A stretch of 63,087 nucleotides of DNA, the filler included, from Actinomycetales bacterium (GTDB lineage: Bacteria; Actinomycetota; Actinomycetes; Actinomycetales; CAVURS01): assembly GCA_045807245.1 (NCBI GenBank). It is 3 parts of 3 records of this genome, joined end to end, with 100 filler letters (N's around TTAATTAATTAA, not from the genome) between each part and the next. Parts side by side here need not be neighbours in the genome. Positions count along the whole stretch, not along the records: positions 48,754 to 63,087 come from JBJMHS010000053.1; 2 more parts are not named here. One strand, written 5' to 3'. Below the pieces are notes generated by a model. That model saw only the letters and a program-made list of their open reading frames with translations. It had not been told where the DNA came from and ran no database searches. Position numbers and translations under genes: made by a program. Below, piece by piece: positions 48,774-58,284 of the stretch (positions within the stretch are counted from its first letter, which is position 1; each line of letters starts with the position of its first letter).

Positions 48774-50422
48774 CGCCGGCCCCCCGCGATGCGGGCGAGC
48801 AGCGCCCGGGCGTCACCGCGGTCGGCGGCCGCGACGACGACCACCAGGACCACGGCAGCGACGGCGGCACCGAGCAGACCGGCCGCGAGGCTGGGCCCGA
48901 CCCCTGGGGAGACGACGGCGTCGGTGACGACCCGACCGGCCGCTAACGCGAGCACCGCCCCGACGAGCGCGACGACCTGGGCGCGCAGCAGGCCGGACAG
49001 GCCGGCGCCGCCACGGGTCCTGACCACGCCCCAGATCAGCAGGGCCCCCGCAACGGTCATACCCGCCGTACTGGCCAGGCCCAGTCCGAGCAAGGTCCGC
49101 CGGGGCTGGTCACCGGCCGCGTCGACCAGCCCGAGCACCACGACGACCGAGCCCACAGCCGCGACCAGCCAGCCCGCGGCAGTGGCGCCGGCCGCCCAGC
49201 GGCTGCGTCCGTCGGCATACAGCGCCCGGCCGAGGTGGGCGATCAGCGCGAAGCCCCACAGCCCGGGTGCGAACGCGGTCAGTGCCGTAGCCATACCGGC
49301 GAGCGCCGCGGCGCCGGTGCCCGCGCCGGAGCCGCTGCGGCCAGCGTCGATGGCCGAGAAGAACGCACCCACCGCGGGGGCGGTCGCGACCAGCAGTGCG
49401 GTGCCGGCCAGGGCCGCCAGCACGACCAGCCGGGTCGAGCGAGCCAGGGTGCTGGCGTACGACGCGTCGTCAACGCCTCCCGCGTGCTCGGCCAGGCGCG
49501 GGAAGGCCGACGTGGCCAGCGGCACGGCCAGCACGGCGTACGGCAGGACGTACACGGCCTGCACGTACTGGTAGACGTTGAGCGCGGCCGGTCCCCCGCG
49601 CCGGTTGGCCAGCCACAGCGTCACGACCACGGCGAGCTGCTGAGCGCCGAGGGTCGCGACACCGGCGGCGGCCAGCCGCCTGGCCCGCTGCGCGACGCCC
49701 GGGGGGAAGGCGAACGTGGCTCGCAGCCGCACCCCGGCCCGGCGGACCGGCAGCACCAGGGGCAGGCTCAGCGCGGCCACCCCGAGCGTCGTACCCACGG
49801 AGAGCACGAGCTCGGCCGAGCGGGAGAGCCGGGACAGGTCGTCACGCCCGTCGCCGGCGATCGCACCGAACCACAGGTACGACCCGATGACCACGACCGA
49901 CGACAGCAGGGGTGCGGCCGCGGCCCAGGCGAAGCGCCGCTGGGCCTGCAGCACGCCGGTCAGGACGACCCCGATCCCGTAGAGCACGACCTGCGGTGCG
50001 AACACGAGAAGCATCCGGACCGCCAACGCGTGCAGGCCGTTCCGCGAGCAGTCACCGTCCGGTTCGAGCGCCGTGACCAGCGGGCCGGCGACCACGGCGA
50101 GGAGCAGGGCGACCGGCACGAGCAGGATGAAGGCCCAGGTGAGCAGGGCGGACGCGGTCCGGTCGACCTGGTCGCGGTCGCCGTCGGCCATCGGCCGGGC
50201 CAGCAACGGGACGACCGCGGCGGACAGCGCACCACCCGCCACGACCTCGTAGAGCACGTTGGGGAGCTGGTTCGCCGTGGAGTACGCCGTGCCGGTGCAG
50301 GTCGCGCCGACCGAGTGCGAGAAGGCGAGCCAGCGGCCGAGGCCGACGACTCGCGCGAGCACGGTGACGGCTGCGATCAGGCCGGCCGCACCGACCAGCC
50401 CCGCCGTACGCCGCGCACTCAC
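48770..50422 (-). CDS. MurJ/MviN-family flippase
   Basis: AYSTANQLPNVLYEVVAGGAL, FAPQVVLYG, TSAFPRL; many TMs. Confidence 0.88.
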   Translation of the reverse strand: MSARRTAGLVGAAGLIAAVTVLARVVGLGRWLAFSHSVGATCTGTAYSTANQLPNVLYEVVAGGALSAAVVPLLARPMADGDRDQVDRTASALLTWAFILLVPVALLLAVVAGPLVTALEPDGDCSRNGLHALAVRMLLVFAPQVVLYGIGVVLTGVLQAQRRFAWAAAAPLLSSVVVIGSYLWFGAIAGDGRDDLSRLSRSAELVLSVGTTLGVAALSLPLVLPVRRAGVRLRATFAFPPGVAQRARRLAAAGVATLGAQQLAVVVTLWLANRRGGPAALNVYQYVQAVYVLPYAVLAVPLATSAFPRLAEHAGGVDDASYASTLARSTRLVVLAALAGTALLVATAPAVGAFFSAIDAGRSGSGAGTGAAALAGMATALTAFAPGLWGFALIAHLGRALYADGRSRWAAGATAAGWLVAAVGSVVVVLGLVDAAGDQPRRTLLGLGLASTAGMTVAGALLIWGVVRTRGGAGLSGLLRAQVVALVGAVLALAAGRVVTDAVVSPGVGPSLAAGLLGAAVAAVVLVVVVAAADRGDARALLARIAGGRR

Positions 50423-51303
50423 GACCGTGGCGCTGTCTCAGCGGAACCGGCAGGGTCCCGCTCGGGCGGCCGCCGCCCCAGCTGGTCGACGGCCCGCAGT
50501 GCCGGGGTGCGGTCGATCACGGCGGAGAAGCTGACCCGCTCACTGGCCAAGGTCAGCCCGGTGACCGCCGCCAGCGCGAACAGCCGGGCCGGCCGGCTCA
50601 GGCCGCGGACCCAGGCCAGCCCGAGCAGGGCGCCGGCCGCATTGGCCCCGGTGTCCCCGAGCATGGCCCGCTCCCCCAGGTCGGGGCGCAGGCTGGTCGC
50701 GGCCGCACCGACGGCCGATGCCGCAAGACGCCCGGCCGGTCCGCCGCCCAGTGCGGTCAGCGCACCGAGCCCGACGACCGCCTTGAGGGCCCGGCCGGGT
50801 CGCAGGTCGAGCAGGTTGACCAGGTTCGCCGTACCGGCGACCAGCGCGCCGGAGAGGGCGATGTCAGCGACTCGTCCGGCACCGGTGGCCGGTTCGCCGG
50901 GCCGGGGAGGGAGCGCAGCGGCGGCGAGCAGACCGGTCACGGCCAGGCCGCCGACCTTGACCGCACCGGTGCTGACCTCACCGCGCCGCAGCGCCCCGAG
51001 GTGCCCCCTCAGCCCGCGGCTTGACCCGTCGCCCGCCAGGTCGTCGTACGCCCCGAGCCCAGCCGCCCCCGCTGTGGCCAGCACGGCGGCCGCCTTCGTG
51101 CGCCCTTCGATGGCTGCGCCGAGCACCACACCGCTGAGGGCTCCGGCGGCGAACGCCGGGCCCTCGAGCAGCGTCACCGGCTCACCACGGTGGTTGCGCC
51201 GCTCCCAGACCGCCGCGCCGCCGGGTGGCGTAGCCCGCAGCGCCTCCCAGGCTGCGGCTGTCGCTCCGGCGGAGAGCAGGCCGGTCCGCAGGCGCCGGAT
51301 CAC
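50419..51303 (-). CDS. Membrane protein, MraY/WecA-like phosphotransferase motifs
   Basis: GAYDD, NLVNLLDLRPGRA, MLGDTGANAAG. Confidence 0.7.
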   Translation of the reverse strand: MIRRLRTGLLSAGATAAAWEALRATPPGGAAVWERRNHRGEPVTLLEGPAFAAGALSGVVLGAAIEGRTKAAAVLATAGAAGLGAYDDLAGDGSSRGLRGHLGALRRGEVSTGAVKVGGLAVTGLLAAAALPPRPGEPATGAGRVADIALSGALVAGTANLVNLLDLRPGRALKAVVGLGALTALGGGPAGRLAASAVGAAATSLRPDLGERAMLGDTGANAAGALLGLAWVRGLSRPARLFALAAVTGLTLASERVSFSAVIDRTPALRAVDQLGRRPPERDPAGSAETAPRS

Positions 51304-52253
51304 AGGGCCGCGAGGTCCGGCATGATCTTCGTCGCTCCGGACCCCACGCCGTACTGACCTGCGTGGCTGTTGAGCTGCTCCCGGAACGCGAGGATCAGCG
51401 TGACCAGCCCCATCGGCTGGTCGGCGTCGTCGACCGTCGAGACATCCTGGCTCGCCTGCTTGTCCGAGCGCAGCGCGTCGAGCGTTCCGCCGTCGTCCGC
51501 CCCGGTCGGGTCGGAGACCGCCACTGCGCCCGAGCTCTGGGCGTCCAGGGCGCGGGCAACGACGGCGTACGACGTGGCCTCGGCCTTCTCCAGGTCCGAG
51601 CTCTCGTTGGGGGTGGGCGGGCCGGCGACGACGACCGCGAGCGTGGACGGCTCGGGCTCGGTGCCGGAGTAGTCGATCAGGCCCGCGGTCTTCAGGCTCT
51701 GCAGCGCCGTAGTGGCGCCGGAGTCGGGCCGGCCCGCAGCGGACACGTCCGCGACCACGAGACCGCGGGCCAGGACCGCGGCCAGACCCTGGTCCTGGGC
51801 GGCGCCGGTCGGCGGCTGGCTGCGCGCCAGTGGTGCGAGGCTCTTGGCCAGGTCATCGCGGAACTGCGCCTTGGTGGGATCGGTCCACACCTTCGTGATC
51901 TTGACCGTGCCGTGCACGGTGGCTCCGGCCTCGGTCAGCTCGTCCGTGACGTTCTTCGCGACGTCGTCACTCGACCCGGGCAGCCGGACGATCGTCACCG
52001 AGTGGGCCGACAGACGGTTCGTCACCAACGCCGGGGTGGTCGCCTCGACGAACCGGTTCATCTCGTTCATGTTCGCTGTCACGTCGCGCAGCTGGGTGTT
52101 CAGGTTGACCCGGTCCTTGCGCAGGCCGGACACCTCTTTGCTCAGCGTGTCGCCCAGGCGTCCCTGCAGCGGACCCGCGCCCAGGACGATGCCGACCGCC
52201 AGCGCCAGGAAGATCGAGACGATCGAGACGACGTGGTACCGGAAGTCGATCAT
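51300..52253 (-). CDS. steB: SteB/MctB (DUF3186, 'copper transporter') protein
   Basis: MIDFRYHVVSIVSIFLALAVGIVLG, coiled coil, VSTVDD, GQYG. Confidence 0.88.
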   Translation of the reverse strand: MIDFRYHVVSIVSIFLALAVGIVLGAGPLQGRLGDTLSKEVSGLRKDRVNLNTQLRDVTANMNEMNRFVEATTPALVTNRLSAHSVTIVRLPGSSDDVAKNVTDELTEAGATVHGTVKITKVWTDPTKAQFRDDLAKSLAPLARSQPPTGAAQDQGLAAVLARGLVVADVSAAGRPDSGATTALQSLKTAGLIDYSGTEPEPSTLAVVVAGPPTPNESSDLEKAEATSYAVVARALDAQSSGAVAVSDPTGADDGGTLDALRSDKQASQDVSTVDDADQPMGLVTLILAFREQLNSHAGQYGVGSGATKIMPDLAAL

Positions 52254-52352
52254 GCGACCCGGGCCTCACGCAGCCTGTGCATAGGGACAACTTAGCGAGC
52301 GCCCCTGTCAGGTTGGCTCGTGCGTGAGCCGGCCCCGCCCAGCGGCGAGCAC

Positions 52353-52946
52353 CTATGGCGTGTCGGGCGGTCCGCAGGCCTCGTCGGTCCTCTTGTCTGG
52401 GCCGCAGAGCTTCAGCTTCCAGGGAATCACCACTGAGCCCGTCGTGCCGGCGGACCTGTACTCGACCCGCAGACTGTCGAACCGGCCGTTGCCGGATCCG
52501 GTGCGCAGCCACGTCGTGCCCAGTTCGGTGGGGGCGGCACCGGTCGCGCACCTGCCGGTCACGGTCGCAGAGGATGGGAACCCGAGCTTGGTGAGAGAGC
52601 CCTGGACGGCACCGAGCGCGGACTTCGGCATCGGGCGCGTGGCGAACCCCAACGGCTTGAGCTGCCCGTTGCCGCCGAGGGGGTGGACCCCGGTGATGGT
52701 GACGTTGCCCGGTGCGCTCAGGCAGAGAGCCGCAGCTCCGAAGGACCAGGGCCCGTCGCCGTGGTACGCCAGCGAGATGCCGAACGCCTCACCTGACGGG
52801 ACGGTCAGCTTGGGCGCCGCCGAGCCGTTCCCACGCACGATGAACGCGACCAACGCCAGGCCGAGCAGGATCGCGGTGGCGACCGACGCCACCGCACCCA
52901 TCCTGCTACGTCCCGTACTTAGGCCCGTTCGGTCAGGGGAAGGCAA
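52353..52946 (-). CDS. Hypothetical single-pass membrane-anchored protein with 4 Cys
   Basis: N-terminal TM then beta-rich domain; TTG start overlaps upstream ORF by 14 bp with GGAGG RBS. Confidence 0.65.
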   Translation of the reverse strand: MPSPDRTGLSTGRSRMGAVASVATAILLGLALVAFIVRGNGSAAPKLTVPSGEAFGISLAYHGDGPWSFGAAALCLSAPGNVTITGVHPLGGNGQLKPLGFATRPMPKSALGAVQGSLTKLGFPSSATVTGRCATGAAPTELGTTWLRTGSGNGRFDSLRVEYRSAGTTGSVVIPWKLKLCGPDKRTDEACGPPDTP

Positions 52947-54186
52947 AGGAGTTCGCCTCCGCCTCCGGGGCGGTCGCCCAACCGAACGAGTTCGAGCCGC
53001 AGATCTGCGACTTGTGGAGGATGTGCCACGAGAGTTCGGTCTCCGGGCTGTAGCCGGATTGCGCGTTGACGTCGGCCACGATGACGTTCACATCGTTGTG
53101 GTAGGTGATGTTGACGCCCCGGTACTTGGTCCAGTCGCCGGAGGTGTACGTCGTACAGGACGTGAAACTGGGCTCGGCTGCCGGGTCGATCCGGGACAGG
53201 ATCGCGTACACGTTCTCGGCCTGACGCCACTGCTTGTAGGCGCCCGAACCACACTGTTCGAGGTACTCCCGGAAGTTGAGCGAGTTGAACGCCGTTGAGT
53301 TGTGGGTCTGCTGCTGGCTGCCCGAGGCGTACAGCGAGATCGTCCGCGAGCCACCCGCGTTGCCGCCGCCCCAAGGTCCGCCCTGGATGCTCACAGCAAC
53401 CCCAAGGGTGTGGTCGACGCCGTACTTCTGGACCACCGTCACCGGGGCTTGCGAGCCGGGGTAGGCGTGGGTGAACGGCTCAACCCTGTTGTAGTACCAG
53501 TTCCCGGCCTTCACAGCGCAGACAGCTGCGGTGGGAACGACCATCGTGCCGACCGAGGTCTGCCTGTCAGCACGCGCTCCGGCCGACTCGGCGTCCGTGG
53601 TCGACATCTTGCCGAACGAGAACGCGCGGGCCGTAACCCCATTCACTTCGGTGACTGTCGGGTTCGCGCCGAAGTTGGCCACCAACGTCTCGGCCACCGG
53701 GGTCGAGCCATCCACCGACGCATCAGTCTCGTTCTTCGTGGTAGTCCAGCCCGTCGAGGACCTGTCCGCGGTGAACCTCCAGGACAGCTCCTTGCCGGCG
53801 TTGTTGATGCGCAGCTCGATATCCGGGCGGCCCTTGCGGTCGAGGTACTTCGCCGAGAGCGTCGACGGGTCGAGGTTCACTGTGAAGTTGCCGGTGCTTG
53901 ATGACTTCATGGACGGAAGCGCCAACAGGGGCACGTCATCACCGACGGCCAGTCTTGATGTGACATCCGAATTCGGCCACACCATCGGTGTGATGGTCGC
54001 TCCAGGCACCGGCGCCGAGCCGTTAACGACGGTGCCCGACGCGATGGTGGTGGAGGTGATTGATTGCGGCCCGCCAGCTTGTGTGCCAGCCACCGCCGGG
54101 CCGCTTGCGACGAACGCAGCCCCGAGAGCGGCTGCGCACCCCACAGCAGTCAACGGCTTGTTCAGCACTCCCCGAATGCCTTCCAC
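52933..54186 (-). CDS. Hypothetical secreted protein, Ser/Thr- and beta-rich
   Basis: Signal peptide ending AVA; 417-aa ORF with protein-like composition; four Cys in C-terminal half. Confidence 0.75.
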   Translation of the reverse strand: MEGIRGVLNKPLTAVGCAAALGAAFVASGPAVAGTQAGGPQSITSTTIASGTVVNGSAPVPGATITPMVWPNSDVTSRLAVGDDVPLLALPSMKSSSTGNFTVNLDPSTLSAKYLDRKGRPDIELRINNAGKELSWRFTADRSSTGWTTTKNETDASVDGSTPVAETLVANFGANPTVTEVNGVTARAFSFGKMSTTDAESAGARADRQTSVGTMVVPTAAVCAVKAGNWYYNRVEPFTHAYPGSQAPVTVVQKYGVDHTLGVAVSIQGGPWGGGNAGGSRTISLYASGSQQQTHNSTAFNSLNFREYLEQCGSGAYKQWRQAENVYAILSRIDPAAEPSFTSCTTYTSGDWTKYRGVNITYHNDVNVIVADVNAQSGYSPETELSWHILHKSQICGSNSFGWATAPEAEANSFAFP

Positions 54187-54227
54187 GGCGAAACCCCCTG
54201 CTGCCCTGTTTCACACTAATACTTCCG

Positions 54228-54241
54228 ATACTTATAAGTAT
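54228..54241. promoter_or_regulatory. AT-rich perfect palindrome upstream of inserted cassette
   Basis: ATACTTATAAGTAT, plus extra ATACTT half-site at 54219-54224. Confidence 0.55.
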
Positions 54242-54323
54242 GCAGCATTCGGGTGGACACGGGAAGCGCATGTCGGGGAAGGACAAGGTGGCCGGGCAGC
54301 CCGTGTCGCCAGCCGGCCGGATC

Positions 54324-55508
54324 TCAGAACAGCCCCTGCATCCAGGTGGTGAAGTCGTCCCAGCGGGCGCCGAGCAGCCCGAGGACGACGTTGCCGGACG
54401 GCGTGGACCAGAGGGCGGCGAACAGAGCGAACAGGCCGACCAGGACGAGCATCGAGACCTGCATGGTCGAGACCCGGGAGCGGTACAGGCGGCTCACGCC
54501 CTTGGCGTCGACCAGCTTGCCGCCGATCCGCAGCCGGGTCAGGAACGTGCTGGCCATGCCGGACCGGCCCTTGTCGAGGAACTCCACGAGCGTGGCGTGC
54601 GTCCCGACGGCGACGATGAGCTCGGCGCCCTTGTCGTCCGCCAGCAGCATGGCGACGTCCTCGCTCGTCCCGGTGGCCGGGAACACGACCGGCTCGAGGT
54701 CGAGTGCGTGCACCCGGTCCAGGCCGGGTGCCCGGCCGTCGCGGTAGGCGTGGACGACGATCTCCGCCCCCGAGGTCAGGGCGTGGTCGGACACCGAGTC
54801 CATGTCGCCTACGATCAGGTCCGGGCGATGACCGGCCTCGAGCAGGGCGTCGGCTCCCCCGTCGACCCCGACGAGGACCGGGCGGAACTCGCGGATGTAC
54901 GGCCGCAGCGTCGCCAGGTCCTCCTTGTAGTGGTACCCCCGGACGACGACCAGGACGTGCCGGCCGTCGATGCGGGTCGTGATGTCCGGGACGCCCACGC
55001 CGTCGAGCAGCAGCTCGCGCTCGCGGCGCAGGAACTCCATCGTGTTGGCCGCGAACGACTCCAGCTGCACCGCCAGGCCGGCCCGGGCGTCGGTGGTGGA
55101 CCGGGCCACGGTCTCTGGGGTCTGCACGACGCCCTCGGCGACCAGCCGGTCCCCGACGAAGATCTGCGGCCCGTCGATCCGGACCTGGTCGCCCTCCTCG
55201 ATCTCGAGCATGACCTCGTGGCCGGCCTGGTCGACGAGCAGGACGCCGCCGTCGACCAGGATCTCCGGGCCGAGGTTCGGGTAGCGGCCGCTCGTGCTCG
55301 CCACGGCGTTGATGACGGCGGCCGGGTGGCAGGCGATCAGTGCCTCGGCCGAGACCCGGTCGATGTCCAGGTGCTCGATCACGGCGATCTGTCCGTGCTG
55401 GAGCCGCTTGGTGAGGTTCTTCGTGCGGGCGTCCACGCGGGCGACACCGGACACCCCCGAGGAGACCGGCACCTTGGGGTGTCTGCGCAGCATGGGAGGC
55501 ACTCGCAT
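54324..55508 (-). CDS. steA: Cytokinetic ring protein SteA (thiamine pyrophosphokinase-like C-terminal region)
   Basis: RTKNLTKRL, SGRYPNLGP, VGVDGGADAL, GMASTFLTRL, VDAKGVSRLY; downstream of recN. Confidence 0.9.
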   Translation of the reverse strand: MRVPPMLRRHPKVPVSSGVSGVARVDARTKNLTKRLQHGQIAVIEHLDIDRVSAEALIACHPAAVINAVASTSGRYPNLGPEILVDGGVLLVDQAGHEVMLEIEEGDQVRIDGPQIFVGDRLVAEGVVQTPETVARSTTDARAGLAVQLESFAANTMEFLRRERELLLDGVGVPDITTRIDGRHVLVVVRGYHYKEDLATLRPYIREFRPVLVGVDGGADALLEAGHRPDLIVGDMDSVSDHALTSGAEIVVHAYRDGRAPGLDRVHALDLEPVVFPATGTSEDVAMLLADDKGAELIVAVGTHATLVEFLDKGRSGMASTFLTRLRIGGKLVDAKGVSRLYRSRVSTMQVSMLVLVGLFALFAALWSTPSGNVVLGLLGARWDDFTTWMQGLF

Positions 55509-55543
55509 CGCGGGCCATCCTTCCACGGCGCCCTGACCAGCGG

Positions 55544-55591
55544 CTCAGTGCCGGGCGGCCGCCAGCACTCAGTGCCGGGCGGCCGCCAGCA
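55544..55591. repeat. 24-bp tandem duplication of the recN 3' end
   Basis: CTCAGTGCCGGGCGGCCGCCAGCA x2. Confidence 0.93.
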
Positions 55592-57308
55592 GCTCCTTGG
55601 CGTGCGCCCGGGCGGACCGGCTGTCCTCCTGGCCGGCGAGCATCCGGGCCAGCTCGGTCACCCGGCCGGCGGCATCGAGCAGCACGACACCGCTCTCCAC
55701 CACCGTGCCGTCCTCTGCCTTGGTCACCGCCAGGTGCCGGTCGGCGTACGCGGCAACCTGCGGCAGGTGGGTCACGACCAGCACCTGTGCGTCCTGCGCG
55801 AGCCGGGCCAGCCGCCGCCCGATCTCGACCGCGGCCCGGCCGCCCACGCCGGCGTCCACCTCGTCGAAGACGAACGTCGGCACCGGGTCGACGCCAGCGA
55901 GCACCACCTCGAGGGCGAGCATGACGCGGGAGAGCTCGCCGCCGGAGGCTCCCTTGGCCAGCGGACGGGCCGGCGCCCCGTCGTGGGCGCTGAGCAGCAG
56001 CTCGACCTCGTCGAGGCCCGATGGTCCGAAGGCAACTCGCCGCCCGTCCGGGAGGTCCAGTCCGGCGCCGTCGTCGCGCTGGCGGACCGCGGGCTCCAGG
56101 TGGGCGGTCGGCATCGCGAGCTCGGCCAGCTCGGCCCCGACCAGGTCCGCGAGCCCGGCGGCGGCGCCTTGCCGGGCGGCGCCCAGCCGAGCGCCGAGGT
56201 CGGCCAGCCGGATGCGCAGGTCGTCCCGCTCCGCCCCCAGACGCACCAGCCGCGAGTCGTCGTCGTCCAGCTCGAGCAGGCGCTTGGCGGCATCCTGGGC
56301 CCAGGCCAGCACCCGGTCCACGTCCTCGCCGTAACGGCGGGTCAGTGCGCGCAGCACCGCGACCCGGTCCTGGGCCGCCGCGAGCCGGACCGGGTCGGCC
56401 TCCACGCCCTCTGCGTACGACGCGAGGTCGCCACCGACGTCGGCGGCCAGGATGCCGACCTCGGTCAGCCTCGTCTGCAGGGCGGCGAGCTCCGGGTCGA
56501 GGGCCGCCCCCGGCTCGAGGCGTCGGGCCGCCTCGCCGACCAGGTCGGCCACGGTGGCGGCGTCGGACGCTCCCGACGAGGAGGACCGCTCGCCGCTGAG
56601 GACCTGGTGCGCGAGCTCGGCCGCCTCACGCAAGGTGTCCGCGTGGCTCAGCCGGGCGAGCTCGGCCGCGAGCACCTGGTCCTCGCCCGGTTGCGGGTCG
56701 GCCTGCTCGATCTCGGCCAGGCCGTGGCGCAGCAGCTCCGCCTCCTGAGCCCGCTCGCGACCCCTGGTCCGCACCTCGTCCAGCGCTGACTCCACCTCGC
56801 GCAGCCGCTGGTAGCACTCGGCGTACGCCGCAAGCGGCACACTGACCGCGGGCCCGGCGTACCGGTCGAGCAGGTCGCGCTGGCGCGCCGGTGCGAGCAG
56901 GCGGATCTGGTCCGACTGGCCGTGGACGGCGACGAGCTCGGGCGCGATCTCGGCGAGCACCCCGACCGGGACCGAGCGGCCGCCGAGGTGAGCCCGCGAG
57001 CGGCCCTCGGAGGTGACCGTCCGCGAGATCACGAGCGTGCCGTCGTCCAGCTCGCCACCGGCGTCCGTGACGCGCTCGGCGACCGGGCTGTTGGCCGGCA
57101 CGCGGACGAAGCCCTCGACGACCGCGGCGCGGGCGCCCGTGCGCACCGCCCCGGCGTCGGCTCGAGCCCCCAACAGGAGGCCGAGACCGGTGACGACCAT
57201 GGTCTTGCCGGCGCCCGTCTCACCGGTCACGACGGTGAGCCCGGGCCCCAGCTCCAGCACTGCCTCGCCGATGACCCCGAGGCCGCTGATCCGGATCTCC
57301 TCGAGCAC
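55569..57308 (-). CDS. recN: DNA repair protein RecN
   Basis: TGETGAGKT, VHGQ, ASGGELSRVMLAL, FDEVDAGVGG, VTHLPQVAA. Confidence 0.97.
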   Translation of the reverse strand: MLEEIRISGLGVIGEAVLELGPGLTVVTGETGAGKTMVVTGLGLLLGARADAGAVRTGARAAVVEGFVRVPANSPVAERVTDAGGELDDGTLVISRTVTSEGRSRAHLGGRSVPVGVLAEIAPELVAVHGQSDQIRLLAPARQRDLLDRYAGPAVSVPLAAYAECYQRLREVESALDEVRTRGRERAQEAELLRHGLAEIEQADPQPGEDQVLAAELARLSHADTLREAAELAHQVLSGERSSSSGASDAATVADLVGEAARRLEPGAALDPELAALQTRLTEVGILAADVGGDLASYAEGVEADPVRLAAAQDRVAVLRALTRRYGEDVDRVLAWAQDAAKRLLELDDDDSRLVRLGAERDDLRIRLADLGARLGAARQGAAAGLADLVGAELAELAMPTAHLEPAVRQRDDGAGLDLPDGRRVAFGPSGLDEVELLLSAHDGAPARPLAKGASGGELSRVMLALEVVLAGVDPVPTFVFDEVDAGVGGRAAVEIGRRLARLAQDAQVLVVTHLPQVAAYADRHLAVTKAEDGTVVESGVVLLDAAGRVTELARMLAGQEDSRSARAHAKELLAAARH

Positions 57309-57335
57309 GCGGTCAGCCTAGGAGACCGCAGCGAC

Positions 57336-58277
57336 CTACGAGCGGGAGCTGCGCCGGCCGCGCCAGCCGGCCACCGGCAGGTTGAACTTGGCCACCAACC
57401 GGTCCGTGAACGGCGCCCGGATCAGCCGGGCCAGGCGGACCGGCGTGGCGCTGCGGGTCACCTCGATCCGGGCGCCGGGCGGCAGCTCGACCATGCGGCG
57501 ACCGTCGCACCACAGGACCCCCGAGCCCTCGGTGTCCTCGAGCACCTCCACCGCCAGGCGCGAACGTGGCGAGACGACGAGCGGCCGGGCAAACAACGCG
57601 TGCGCCGAGATGGGCACGAACAGCAGTGCCTCGACCTCGGGCCAGATCACCGGTCCGCCCGCCGAGAACCCGTACGCCGTCGAACCCGTGGGCGTCGCCA
57701 TGACGACACCGTCACAGCCGATCGTGGACAGCGGGCGGCCGTCGATCTCGACCACGAGCTCGAGCATGCGCTCCCGCGCGGCCTTCTCGACCGTTGCCTC
57801 GTTGAGCGCCCAGGACCGCGTCACTTCGGTCCCGGCAACGCTTACGACGACATCGATCGCCATCCGCTCCTCGACGTCATAGTCGCGGGCGACCAGCCGC
57901 TCGACGGTCAGGCCGAGATCCTCGTGCTCGGCCTCGGCCAGGAACCCGACGTGTCCCAGGTTCACGCCGAGAACGGGCACGCCCGCCTCGCGGCCCAGCT
58001 CGGCGCCGCGCAGGATCGTCCCGTCACCGCCGAGGCAGATGACCAGCTCGCAGCCCTCGCTCGGGTTCAGCGGGTCGGCGACCACGATGCCGTCGGGGTG
58101 GTCGCCGATCGCGTCCGACTCGCTGGGCAGCAGCGCCACCTCGATGCCGGCCGAGAGGAGCTGGCTGATGATGCCGGTCGCCTCCGTCACGGCGCCCGGC
58201 CGCCCGGTGTGGGTGACGATGAGCATCCGGCGACGGGCCGAGCCCGGGGACGTGAAGGCGGGCTCCGGGTCGCTCAT
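57336..58277 (-). CDS. nadK: NAD kinase
   Basis: GGDGTIL, GHVGFL, ALNE, TPTGSTAY. Confidence 0.96.
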   Translation of the reverse strand: MSDPEPAFTSPGSARRRMLIVTHTGRPGAVTEATGIISQLLSAGIEVALLPSESDAIGDHPDGIVVADPLNPSEGCELVICLGGDGTILRGAELGREAGVPVLGVNLGHVGFLAEAEHEDLGLTVERLVARDYDVEERMAIDVVVSVAGTEVTRSWALNEATVEKAARERMLELVVEIDGRPLSTIGCDGVVMATPTGSTAYGFSAGGPVIWPEVEALLFVPISAHALFARPLVVSPRSRLAVEVLEDTEGSGVLWCDGRRMVELPPGARIEVTRSATPVRLARLIRAPFTDRLVAKFNLPVAGWRGRRSSRS

Positions 58278-58284
58278 CCGCTGC

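Noticed and set aside
52327..52334. AGCCGGCC flanks as proof of a target-site duplication
   Set aside because: An 8-bp GC-rich word can recur by chance and no transposase or integrase is present; kept only as weak support
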